Shown piece after piece: positions 37,901 to 49,333 of a DNA stretch of 64,000 nucleotides. The stretch is from Klebsormidium nitens (lineage: Eukaryota; Plantae; Klebsormidiophyceae): contig DF237422.1 in NCBI GenBank assembly GCA_000708835.1, forward strand, positions 9,229 to 73,228, in the 5' to 3' direction. A program made the translations under genes and the position numbers. The stretch's first letter is position 1. Every line of letters begins with the position of its first letter. The notes beneath the pieces are model-generated. The model did no database searches. It saw only the letters and a list, made by a program, of their open reading frames with translations, and was not told the origin of the DNA.

Positions 37901-40166
37901 TGCAAACCATACGTGTGCATCTTGCTTACTTCAGCGCACTCCTCTTCGCTTCATACAATTGGGCCGAGCTTGCTGAGATCATAAGGACGCGATGTGAGCA
38001 GACTCCGTACCCAGTACCTCATTTGAGCACTGTGAAAAAGAGGAACATGATTGGAGTATGAAGAAGAGGTTAGTTGAACCGACCTGACTGATGTGGTTGT
38101 TAACCTCCTCAAGCGTCTCATGCAACGTCTTGAACGGCGCACCACTCAACTCGAGCTGGCCCCCAGGTTCCAACGTGATGCTGGCACCGTTCTGGAAATG
38201 AAATTCTGTCAGCATATGGTGCAGTTTACAGTCAAAAACCAAATGAGGACAAGGATTCGGATCAAGCTCAAGATGAGGAATGAGATCGATTCTCTGCAGC
38301 AACGGTCCGTAGTATCTGCATTCTTGATGACAAACTTGTGGCCCGATGAGAAAATAGTACTGTGTTGATGCAGCTTGTGTGCCAGCAGCTCTTACCGCCA
38401 GCATTCCAGCTTGATGCGTGCATGGATTCCAAAGCAATCCTTGGTTGCGACGCTAACATGCTTCAAAAAATATCATGTGCCAGAATGTCGACTTTACTAA
38501 ATGTTGACCAGTACAGTCTTAAGAGGCCTGCCGCTGCCAAAAGTAGCGATTGCTTTCTGCGGCTCGGAGGATCAGGGGGTGATATGACAGACTCAACGCA
38601 GATTTACAGATCTGTTGAAAACATCTCCAGAATCGTGTCTGGAAAAGTCTGATCTGAAGGACGATTAGAAGACGAAATTTCCACGGAGAAAGCTAGGGAT
38701 TCCGAAAGCCGTTCACATGAACGGTTGCGTCGCCAATTGTGAAAGTATGCTATGCGAAAGAGATCTCTTATGATTGAATTTAAGCTTTTTTCCAGGGGAG
38801 ATTCGAGCGTAAGTGAGTTGAACCAGCTTAGCAGAAGACTCGTTCAATCCTGATTGTAGGCAGTAGAATCTTCCGATGACATACCCCAACAGAACAATAT
38901 GCCAATCTTTTCAATCAATCTGAGCAAGCTTACTTAGGTAATTCCTGTCAAATGCATTCCAAGATGTTTTGAAGGTCACCTGCTTGAGCGCGAGCAGGTT
39001 GCCATGTTCAAACGACCGCTCCCACCCAAACTTATCCGCTAGCTTTCCCAGAATGGTGCGGATCTCCTCGTAGGTCAGACGCTTCTTGTCGCTGACCCGG
39101 AAACCAATCTTCTCATGCTCGGTCCCAATCCTGTAGACATTTCAAAACATCCGATAAGTTTGAAAATTCCTGCTCCTTGACATTAGCTCTGACAGATGCC
39201 TCTTGTCACAGCCCGGAAGTTTTCTTCTTCTCATCCTCAGGTTCAGTGGCAAGGTGGACAGACGCAGTGTTACAGATGCAAGGCTCTTTCATTCAAATAT
39301 TGCAATATATCTCCCAATTCAATCTGGCATTGAGCAAAGAGTGCCTCTGCTGTAGGTTTTTTCGCGGAAAGTGGACCTCCTGGTCGCTTTGACTGAGCCT
39401 GTGGTTGACCCGACAGCCCGGTCTACTTATGAAAGCCATAACAACTCTTGTTAAGAGATTCCAATTGTGGCTCATTGGTTTTGATGAAGAAGCTGAGTTG
39501 TAGCCACATAGTTTGTGGTCCATTCTTTGTTGAATACATTGTGACTTAACAGTAGCTTTCATATACCCACCCATTTGTAACGACCACCTTAGAAACAACA
39601 TGGTGAATGGCAAACCCAATGCTTCAGAGCTTATTCTTGGCTGAATGAGCTAGCAAAGTGCAAAGAACACTTGAGCTAGAACCACATACAAAAGAAAGGC
39701 GCTGTGAATCCATTCTCTTATGGACACTAACACACTTACAGAAGTCTTATTCAACCATGGCGGCATGTGATACGTCATGCATGCAAAGGAATAGCATCTA
39801 CAAGCAGATGCAACCTGCATCCTCTACCAGGAATTCTCATGAAACAGGCGCCAATGTGTACATCGGCTTATCACACATGCAAAAAAGTAAGTTCCCAGAG
39901 CATGAGAGCAAAATCCTAGTTGCACTTCACATACCACCACATTGCATCACAACATCAAAGATAGGACTGGATCAACAATTGAAATTCTGATGAATTACCA
40001 AGGTGGTCTCTATATCCTCTCACACAGCCGGATTGAAGCATCAGACTCACCGCCACTGGTCCCTTGGAGTGCACGCCTTTTTGAAGAAGTCAACAAGATC
40101 TTGCTTCGTCAACCTGGCTTCCTCTCCATTTTCCCCCTTGGAGCCGCTCGCTTTCTGATCAGCCAT
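31996..40166 (-). CDS. GSH1: Glutamate-cysteine ligase-like paralogue A (divergent, no N-terminal transit peptide), 12 exons
   Basis: Exons: 40051-40166 MADQKASG...[21 protein letters not shown]; ~38980-39130 [10 protein letters not shown]; ~38085-38190 [16 protein letters not shown]; ~36920-37097 FDPKW...RTCTVQ; ~36668-36730 [23 protein letters not shown]; ~36283-36422 [11 protein letters not shown]; ~35758-35853; ~35277-35368; 34804-34884 [13 protein letters not shown]; ~33377-33552 VGLLYD; ~32528-32598; 31996-32086 ending SEHCY*. An in-frame TAG lies just upstream of the ATG. Confidence 0.92.
33570..34260 (-). repeat. Exon-echo array of GCL-A exon 10 acceptor and 5' end (VGLLYDDKS...), ~5 copies
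   Basis: Variants of ctctgcggtcca...agctggagcg(c/t)ggcct(g/t)ga...gacttgtc(a/g)tc(a/g)taga recur near 33612, 33740, 33868, 34047 and 34190. Confidence 0.85.
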
Positions 40167-41227
40167 CTTTCTTGACAAGTCGAATGATACCTTTTGTCCC
40201 TACCTGTCCGACTGACCTTCCCCCTGAAATTCCCAGCTTCGCGAAGATCACGCTGCTCTGTTCCTCCAAACAAGAACGTCTGTGTGGGAAAAATGGCAGT
40301 GGCAATTGTTGCCTTCCTTTTCGAAGCTGGGAGGGATTCTCTCTGCTGCGTCCATAGGGGATCACTACCGTTCGATAGCACGCCATGCACGCCAAGAAGG
40401 CCACGTTTGGCGCCAGCGCTGTTCTGCTGCACCGCCATGTTCCAACTTCCACCACTTGTCGCTTCCACTGCAATTGGCGCAATTGCGGGGCATAAGCTAT
40501 GCCCTGGAAAGTCAAAAGTTTGGCTCCTCTAGTTACAAGCCTGCTGAAGTTACTACGGTAGTACTACCGTGGTATGTACCAGCCGACCAGGTACCGGTAT
40601 TCATTGTGCAGAGTCGGACCTTTCAATCATTGAGCTCTTCAGGCCACTGTAATTGCGTCAGAATGACGACAACGTTGAACGCAGAATTCGCTCTGTCTTA
40701 TCTTCAAGTTCTGTTCTTAACCGCAACTTCTCCCGCAGCCAAGTTTCTGGCGCTTCTGAGATTTGTAGAGTAGGTATCGAAGGTAGTACTAGAAGGGAGG
40801 TCCTTTAAACTTTTAATATCCGCTGTAACCATGTAGCGGGTTAGGTCTTACCTACGTTAGCAATCCAATCCAAATCGGGTTACGAAAACAACATGGAATG
40901 ATCCTGAATCTTAACACAGCATTTCTAGCGCTATCATCATGTACGGTTCCTCCGTATTTTGGTGTTCAAAGCGCTTTCCTGGTCCTGCTGGACTGCAGCA
41001 GCGCTGCCCCGTCACTCATCCCTGGCGAGTCCGCGCAATCTGGATTGGCTCTTTTGCGCTGCTCTGAACATTTTGTGGCGGCTTCAAGTTGGTCCTGTTG
41101 ACAATCTCTGAGCGAAGTGCAACCTGCCACATTCATCGCTTCCATGCAGATCTTCATGCAGCTCGTCTTGCGCACGGAGGGCGTCGTTGGCCAGACTTAG
41201 GGGTAAGGACGGATCGGCATTTGCTCG

Positions 41228-44200
41228 ATGGCGGACGGGGCGACCATGAGGGCAGCCTGCGGGCACGCTCTTCCTCACCACGCGCCTCTTGGTCAGCGGC
41301 AGGGATCCAGGCAGGAAGCATCCGTTTCTTCTAGGCTTGTGAATGTGGGCCCAGGACGAGTCCACAGGCATGCTTCAAATGCACGCGCCGGCCCACAGAT
41401 CTTGCCTCGGATACGACAAAATTGTCTTGCTTCTGCACCGGTTGGTTGTAGAAAGAAAAGCTTAGAGCATGCAGTTCACGGGAGGCATCGGCTAGAGGGA
41501 TCGGTATCGAGGTTGAGCGGAGGGTCTGACTTGAAGTCAGAATCGACGATGCACAGAAGAGGGAAAGGGACGATTGTTGCCGCAGGACCGCCGACTGAGG
41601 AGGTTGTCACGGATACGAAGATGCTGACAAAGGCTGACCTTGTTGAGTACATGAAGAAAGGATGCAAACCGAAGGAGAATTGGCGGTAAGAACCGCTGCA
41701 GTTTATTGTCAGATTCAATCCACAAGATTGACAAGATTGATAGATTGTTATCCTGGTCTTAAGGACCGACTTGAATCTATCTCAAATGTGGCTTCAGCTT
41801 TTCGATGGTGGTACATCTGTTCGCTAACCCTAATCTGCCATTCTGTGCTTATGTTTTGAAGATGCATCAACGGTGCATGTCATGGCGATTTCTGGATATG
41901 TGATTGGTCCGAGATTCAAAAGGCCGCCAGCCTTTCGGCATTGGTGGATGAGGCCCAAACATCAACACTATTGGCCTCTTTGAGAATTTTCTAAGCATGA
42001 CACTACGGTTTGTATTCTTGCCTGGCTTGTTGGAAGCACATTCTGATGTCCTGGGCGGAGCTAAGAGAGCAAAGGGCTGCAGATTGCTCACGATCAACAG
42101 CGTCCAAGCGCTGTCACCTTCCCGCTTCGAACTTGACATCTGATACGATCCACCTTCAAGTTCCAGCAATTTGTGTGACAACTTGATTACCACAAGCTGA
42201 AAAGCTGGCCTCTGAGTTTTATCTCTGCTTGTTTTGAAAGAAAGTCTGTTGAAAGAAAGAGAGGATGGATTCTCTACAGCACAGATTCGAATCAAGCTGA
42301 CGGTTTCCGTTTCTTTTTGTAACCTGCATGAAACAATTGCATATTTAGTTGATGTTTTCTGAGTCCGTTTATAACCTGCACAAAATGCTTGAACTTTTTA
42401 CTCTTATCCCTCCCTGCATTTCAGAGCAGATGTGTAACACAGAGGTCATGAAAAGTAAGGTCAGAAAACTCACTCTAATCATATCAAGTTAAGATTTGTC
42501 AGGGTCTGACTGTACAGCACCTGCTCTGCAGCATAGGGACTGAACACGAAAAGTTTGGGTTCAAGTTTGAGGACAAGCGGCGGCTAAACTACGAGGAGAT
42601 CCATCAGCTGCTTGAGGCGCTGGCTGACCGGTTTGGATGGGAGCGGGTGTTTGAGAACAACAAGTTGATTGCACTTAAGCAGGTAAAACAAGAAGCAGTC
42701 CCCTTCCATATGATCTGGAATTTGCAGTTCATGGATGAAAGCAATCGTGCTTTCTGAGGGCGTTCGGCGATTGGTTTTACACTACTCATCATTGGCTTTT
42801 CGGAAAGTGGTATAAGGTACATAATGATGCTAATGAAGACAATTGTTGCTTGTCCATCCATACAAACGCTGCGAGCTGATGCATATTCAAATATACTGTA
42901 GTGACAATCAAAGACTTTGGAGTTAGCAGCTGACAGATGTGATCAAGTGGACGAGCCTTTTCCCCCCGAGGAATACTAGCAAGTGCTTTGAACCTTGAGA
43001 CACGCTTCATGCTCAAGCAGGGGTGCTAGGCTCGAGCTAGATGACCTGCCTCCTTCACTACTTCCTTTATTACAAGTAGCTGATTAGTAATTTGCTTCGT
43101 CCTGCAGAGCGGCCAAAGCATCACGCTAGAGCCAGGGGGTCAGTTTGAGCTGAGCGGGGCCCCCTTGAGCACTCTGCACCAGACATGTGGAGAGGTCAAC
43201 AGCCACCTGTATCAAGTGAGGCTGCTGAGCAGCCTTTGTTGCCACTGTCCCTCATTTGACATTGCCATCTGGTGGGAGAAATCCTGCTATCTGCAGTTGC
43301 CACCTATGATTAAACCACCACCCCGGGTATAACTCGGGGCAAACCGGCTGGCATTCGCTCCAGCGGCCACCGAAATTCAAATTTCGGCCCGAAGGCGCCC
43401 GCTTCCAGCTTGTGCATTTTTGACCTTATACATCAAAGAAACTAAAGCATTACTTCACCGTTTTAGGCGGTCTTGCTTTCTAGAGCTCTATCTTAGTGGT
43501 ATCAGCAAGGCCAGGTCGAAACCGCCGCTTAATTCGTGAAGGAACGGCCTGTTTTAATGTAGGCAAGGGTACCTTCTTTATGTGTGCGTCCAGTGTGCGC
43601 CCGTCGCGAATTCAAGTTGCGAACTTGATTATGAGCATTCCTGGTTACCAGGAGTATTTATACCTTGGGTGGTGGTTTAATCGTGGAGGATTGGTCAAGG
43701 GGGTTTGTGAACTGAAATACCTGTCGTTGTGTCCAAGGGCTAGGAGATGCTGAGTCTCCTTATGGAAAGGACGATATAAAAGTTTGCAGTCATTCGAGAC
43801 AGGATCAGGAACTCCCTAGGTCTGACAGAAAGGCTGCCAGAACAGCAGATTCGCAATAGTGAAGGCTGTGTTCAAGAGTCCACTTCAGAACGACTTCCTG
43901 TGTTCAGCATGGTCTGGTATTTGGATGCCGGCAACCCCTCACTGATAAAAATAAGGAAAAGAAGGCAGAGGACATTCACCTCACTGATTGGTACCTGACC
44001 ATAGAAGCTGAGAACAAGCACGTATGCAATGAAATGCTCTGTAACGAGCAACAAAGGAGTGCGCCCTATCATAGATCAGGTCCACAAGAGACTGGTGCCA
44101 CGTAGTGTGCCACCGTAGTGTGCGACAATGACAGTACTTTCAAATAGTGAGTTTGCAGTGCCGCTGTGACAGGCTCTTTCAGTTTACATATTTGCTTTGA

Positions 44201-47200
44201 TTGCCCTTTCAGGTGAAGACAGTCTGTGAGGAGATGGGTGCCGGCTTTCTGGGGCTCGGTTTCGACCCCAAGTGGAGCATCGAGGACATTCCGATCATGC
44301 CAAAGGGCCGCTACAAGCTGATGAAGGAATACATGCCGCGCGTGGGGTCTCACGGGCGCGACATGATGTTCCGCACATGCACCGTGCAAGTCAACCTGGA
44401 CTTTGACACCGAGCGCGACATGATCAACAAGATGCGGGTCGGGCTGGCTTTGCAACCGGTGAGTTTGGGGGTTGGCTCGCAGGGGTGAGATGACGTGTCA
44501 GAGGGGAATTCATAATATCATCGAAAGGATGGTACTGTTGACACCGAGCTCGACATTGTGTAAGAGATGCGGGTCGAGCTGGGTCTCCAACCGTTCGGAT
44601 CTAACTCGCTCAGTTGATGAATGGCCTGCTTTTAAACGGACATGACATGTCATCAAGGGATATCATGATCATATTGTGCCGGCAAACACACGGAACATCC
44701 GGACGGCTGGAGCTGCATCTGGTGTCTTCCAGAGGTCGATCTAAACGTAGAAAAGGCAGTAGTTTACGATAGTCAGAAGCCATCTTCCAGAGCTCCCATT
44801 GTGCCAACCGCTCGCGCTTTGCTGACCCGTCTAGTTCCACCAGCAGCCCCGTGCTGACTCCCTATCTCGATCATGTTTGGCAGAAGCTTACAAAGGCTCA
44901 AGTTTCTCGCTTGATCATTGAATTCTTTTGCTTGTGACATGATGGACTTCTCACACTCTCTTCTGCACACCGCTCGCTCTTCGCTAACCAACTCCGATCT
45001 ACACCCCTTCAGATCGCGACGGCTCTGTTCGCCAACTCCCCATTCACTGAGGGCAAGCCCAACGGCTACCTGAGCTTCCGAAGTCAAATCTGGAAAGACG
45101 TGGATCCCCACCGGACGGGCATGCTGCCGTTTGTCTTTGACGATGATTTTGGGTGAGCCGTTTTGCTGGACGCTCGGCCATGGTCGACCCAGATGCGACA
45201 TGCAACTGACTAGTTAGAGTAGCTTTGAATGGAATGGAGAGAGAGGACTTGTCTTTCGTGCTTCAGCAGCTATTACCAGATTTACAGTAGCCGCTGTCAC
45301 GGAATGCTGTCAGTTGCAATGATCATCTGGAGGGGTGGGGGGGAGTCGAGACCTGAAACAGTTGCTTCTCGTCACGGTTTCAAAGCCTATGTTTCGGAGG
45401 CAGACCGCAGATATAATCCAAGAACCAGAGATCGGGATTTGGACGCTTGTGTTTGGACTATCCACAGACCGACTCTGAGCTCTGGCCTCGAATATCGAAG
45501 CTCTTTGGGCCTAGCACTCGTTTGATCAGAAAGCCTTAACCCCGCTCTCGAACCCTGACCTCTAACCTTGAATTAGAAGCCTGGCATTCACAATCTGGAT
45601 TGCGACCGTCCTCTTCAGACTTGTCCGGAAGATTGAATCTCGGAGCGAATGTTGCAGGTTCGAAAAGTACGTAGACTACGCTCTAAATGTGGCAATGTAC
45701 TTCGTGTACCGGAAGAAGGGGTACGTGGACGCTCTTGGGCTGGACTTCAAGGTATTGACCGCAGCCTCGTTGATTTTGCCGCGTTAATCTGTTTTCCGTA
45801 AATGTCGCTTTTACTTCCATCAGCATATTTGCAAATATGGTTTTGTATGTTGAGTGCGAGTACTTTGGCTTGCTTTCTCATGACCGATTGCCGTCTGTCT
45901 ACTTTTACGGTTTGCCTCCTTCCGGCCGATTCTCTTTGGTCCATCATTTTTCTTTGGTTTGCCTTTCTCCTTAAGCGACCAGTTTGAAAGGAGGACACTC
46001 ATGGCGAGCACGACTTTCGAATTTTGGGCTTTTGATCCCTCATTTTCAATCTGGCTCGCCAGAACGATGCCTACAGACACCTGGCATACCTTATCGGTGA
46101 CATTACGTCCCAACATGCAGCTTTTGATCGCTTGACTTCCCATTCCGGTGGTGCATCCACCGAGATCGTATCGATCAATCATCACTGGCACAAACGTAGC
46201 CGGGATGATTTAAGATTCAAACCTACTGTCAAACCTACTGTAAACCACACCCGCTCCCAGTGTCATCTGCTAACCTGTTTCGCTCTGCCACGTGGCTAGG
46301 ATTTCATGGCGGGCAAATTGTCGGCCCTGCCCGGAGAGTATCCGACAATCAACGATTGGGAAAACCACCTAACCACCATCTTCCCCGAGGTAAGCAAAGC
46401 GCGGCCAACTTCCTCACATCCCCGTACTCCTAGGACGGTTGTGAACTCCCATCTTCTCCATCGTCAAATCAGCACCATTGTTTGCCCTACTGCTCTAGTG
46501 GACCATTGAGTGGATGTGTATTTGTACGGTGCAAGCTATACGAAGGAGCCTTTGATCACAATCCAGCCTTGCAGGCCGCCACGACAGAGACCTTAATTTC
46601 AGCTGTCAAGAAACTCACCTCATATTCGACCTGTGTCGGACCTGTGATGTTTCGAGGAACATTTTTGCTGTGAATCTCATCTTCCTTTTGATTGGCTTTG
46701 AACAGTTCTTTGCGGCCTTATTTAAGGGCCAGACACGTGGCACTGAAAAACGATATTAGTTCATCCCTTCTGACGTGATTCTCAATTGTCAAGGCTCGGC
46801 GCTATCGACAGCCGTGGTTTGCGTTTAGCCAGGGATGACACGTATCGCTATCGGAGGCAAATGTGGACATCACTTGAGAGTCGCCAAACTGGTCCACACA
46901 CAACCAATCAATCCCCTCACTTCAACCATTGCTGCCAAGAGATATTTCAAAAGCGACGTATTTGACGCAGCAAGTGCCTCGGATTGAATGTCTCCCGAGA
47001 CGAACCCCTTTGTGACCACGCCATCTAGAATCCGCCCAAGTCCGAGATGAGAAAACTTTCTCGAACCATTGGCAACATTTACATCGCACATACTCATGAG
47101 CACCCAAACGCTCGCAAAAACGTACCTCCAAGCCCATTCCACGCACAGTAGGCCGCCTCTTACCCGCCCCACTCTCGCCGCAGGTACGCCTGAAGAAATA

Positions 47201-49333
47201 TATCGAGATGCGCGGCGCGGATGCGGGCCCGTGGAAGTCGTTGTGCGCGCTGCCCGCGTTGTGGGTATGTCCCCGCAAACCCTAAACCCCGGACCGCTCT
47301 GCTCACGCACCGTCTTTTTCCTCGTCCGAATGCTGCAGGTGCGACTGAAACGGTACATTGAAATGCGGGGGGCGGATAATGGGTGTGTAGACCTGATTCT
47401 GGGGCAGTCGGCCATGTGGGTGAGTCGAGAAGGAGGCGGTTAGAAGGGCCTCCGTACCGCTGTCACTCCCATCTTCCGAGTCGGTTTTAGAAAGGCCTGC
47501 ATCATGTTTCATGGAAGCAGACTTTCCTTACATCATCGGTGTGTGAGAGCTGGATGTTACGAGGATTTATACATCGGGTCTGGAACTCTCGAGCTGTTGC
47601 TAGAGGGCTCAACTTGAAACACACCACCTTGTGGGGCAAGGATAACGCTCAACCGAGTGCATTCCACATCTGGTTTCTCAGATTTGTGCTGCAAAGAAGG
47701 TTGCTGAAGGGAATCCGCTGTTTCATAATCTGTCGGGCCAGTCGTTTCGCCCAATATTGTTTCCATCCTTTTATTACAAGAAGTCCTCCTTAAATCGTGT
47801 CATGAAGGCCTTTCTGCTTGATAAGCTCCCCCCTTTCCTTTCCCGCACCCCTCTGTATTGGAAGAAAGTCTCGGGCTCCTTCTGGAAACAGGGGTGTCCC
47901 AATCACGGTCACCCAGTCCTTGCTGCAAGCGACTACCAAAGTGATTCCCCTGACTCTCAGTCGCCCAAAAGGCGGTGGATCGGAGGACGCCATCTACTGT
48001 AGCCCCTCCCGATTGCTTTGCCCCACTCTCTGCGCAGAACACGTCACCTTAGCATACTCTAGAGCGGCAACCATGATAATTGCCGTCCCGACCACATTGG
48101 AATGTTCAGCTGGAACGCAACCGTTGCCTAGTGATGAACCGTTTAATGAAAGGTGTAGAGTAGATTTTCAATCCGCACTGCCTCTGTCCCATCGCAGCTG
48201 GGGCGGTCGGACCTTTGTTTTGACAAGGAGTCGCTCTCAAGGGTGCCTGGACCCGAACCCCGACTGTTTGAACCCTCTATTCAAAACCGTAGTCGTCCAC
48301 AAGCAGGATCAACCTCAGTGTACCAAAATCCTTTTCTCCTTTCCCCCGTCACAGGTCGGGCTTTTGTACGACGAGGAGTCGCTACAAGGCTGCCTGGACC
48401 TGATCTCCGACTGGACGACTGGCGAGATGCAAATGCTGCGCGACAAGGTCCCGGTCACCGGCCTGCGCACGCCCTTCCGCGACGGCATGGTCCGCCACGT
48501 GGCACAGGATGTTCTCAAGCTTGCGAGGGTGAGCGTTCGAGGACCCTCCTTTTGCATACCGTACAGAACATGACATCGTAACAGCACAGAGGGGGGATCA
48601 TCAAGTGCATGTACACGCAACTCTTTTTGACAGCACGGCCACTGTCCTGAAGCTCGCGCGGGTGAGCTCCCAAAAAACGCGTTTTGATTCGGAGCGGCTT
48701 GAAAGCTGCAAGCTTCGAGAGGTGCACTTCCTGAGTACCGTGCATTATTGCGCGCCCTCTGGAGAAGTCAGTTTGCTCAAAGTCCTTTCCAAGTCGCATT
48801 GGTTAGCGTACAAAGACTTCCAATCTGAAAAGCCTGTTACTGCCCAGCGTACGCATTTGTGTGGTTTATGCTAAATGGCTTAGTGCTTTGATTCGTTCCC
48901 GTTGTCTGGGTTTGCCATTTGTGCATTGTTGGAACAGGACTTGGAGGTCACGCTTATAGGAGCATTTACGTGCATACTAGAACCGTTGCTGACAGTCTGT
49001 TTGCTTGCTTTCCACAGGAGGGCCTGGAGCGACGCGGCTTCAACGAGGCTGAGTTCCTGAAGGGTCTGGAGGACATCGCACGAAAAGGTGAGGCATTTGC
49101 GCGGGACAAGTTCGAAGTAGGAACAGATATGCAGACTCCGACGGCGCTGAAATATCAACGGACACGTACTCAGACAAGTGGGTTCTAATAGTAAAAGGTG
49201 TGCATATCTCACGCCCTCTGAACAAGTGCCTTCTTCTTCTGCAGGAGTGACGTCCGCTGATGTCCTGCTTGACAAATATCACAACGAGTGGGACGAGGAC
49301 GTAGACCGAGTCTACGACGAGTTTCTCTACTGA
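41228..49333 (+). CDS. GSH1: Glutamate-cysteine ligase paralogue B (canonical, probable plastid transit peptide)
   Basis: Exon 1 (start ATG uncertain, ends 41685) has a basic Ser/Ala-rich extension then [10 protein letters not shown]...GCKPKENWR. Then ~42532-42682 [10 protein letters not shown]; ~43108-43215 [28 protein letters not shown]; ~44212-44458 IMPKGRY...[11 protein letters not shown]; ~45011-45151; ~45658-45751; ~46312-46388 [11 protein letters not shown]; 47184-47264 [17 protein letters not shown]; ~48355-48528; ~49018-49088; ~49245-49333 ending EFLY*. Confidence 0.95.
43305..43685. mobile_element. MITE-like element, family 2 (GCL-B intron 3)
   Basis: Inverted termini gattaaaccaccaccccgggtata (from 43308) and tataccttgggtggtggtttaatc (to 43682); ~380 bp, non-coding. 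TSD not resolved. Confidence 0.6.
47339..47419 (+). CDS. Candidate alternative (mutually exclusive) exon of GCL paralogue B
   Basis: 81 nt, the same length and phase as exon 47184-47264. Flanked by a pyrimidine tract plus tgctgcag and by gtgagt. Encodes [27 protein letters not shown] with EMRGAD intact. Confidence 0.75.

Noticed and set aside
40966-41175. Cys-rich 69-aa minus-strand ORF between the GCL genes
   Set aside because: It has a non-ATG start in the track, no signal peptide and no recognisable cysteine spacing; it cannot be supported without expression data.
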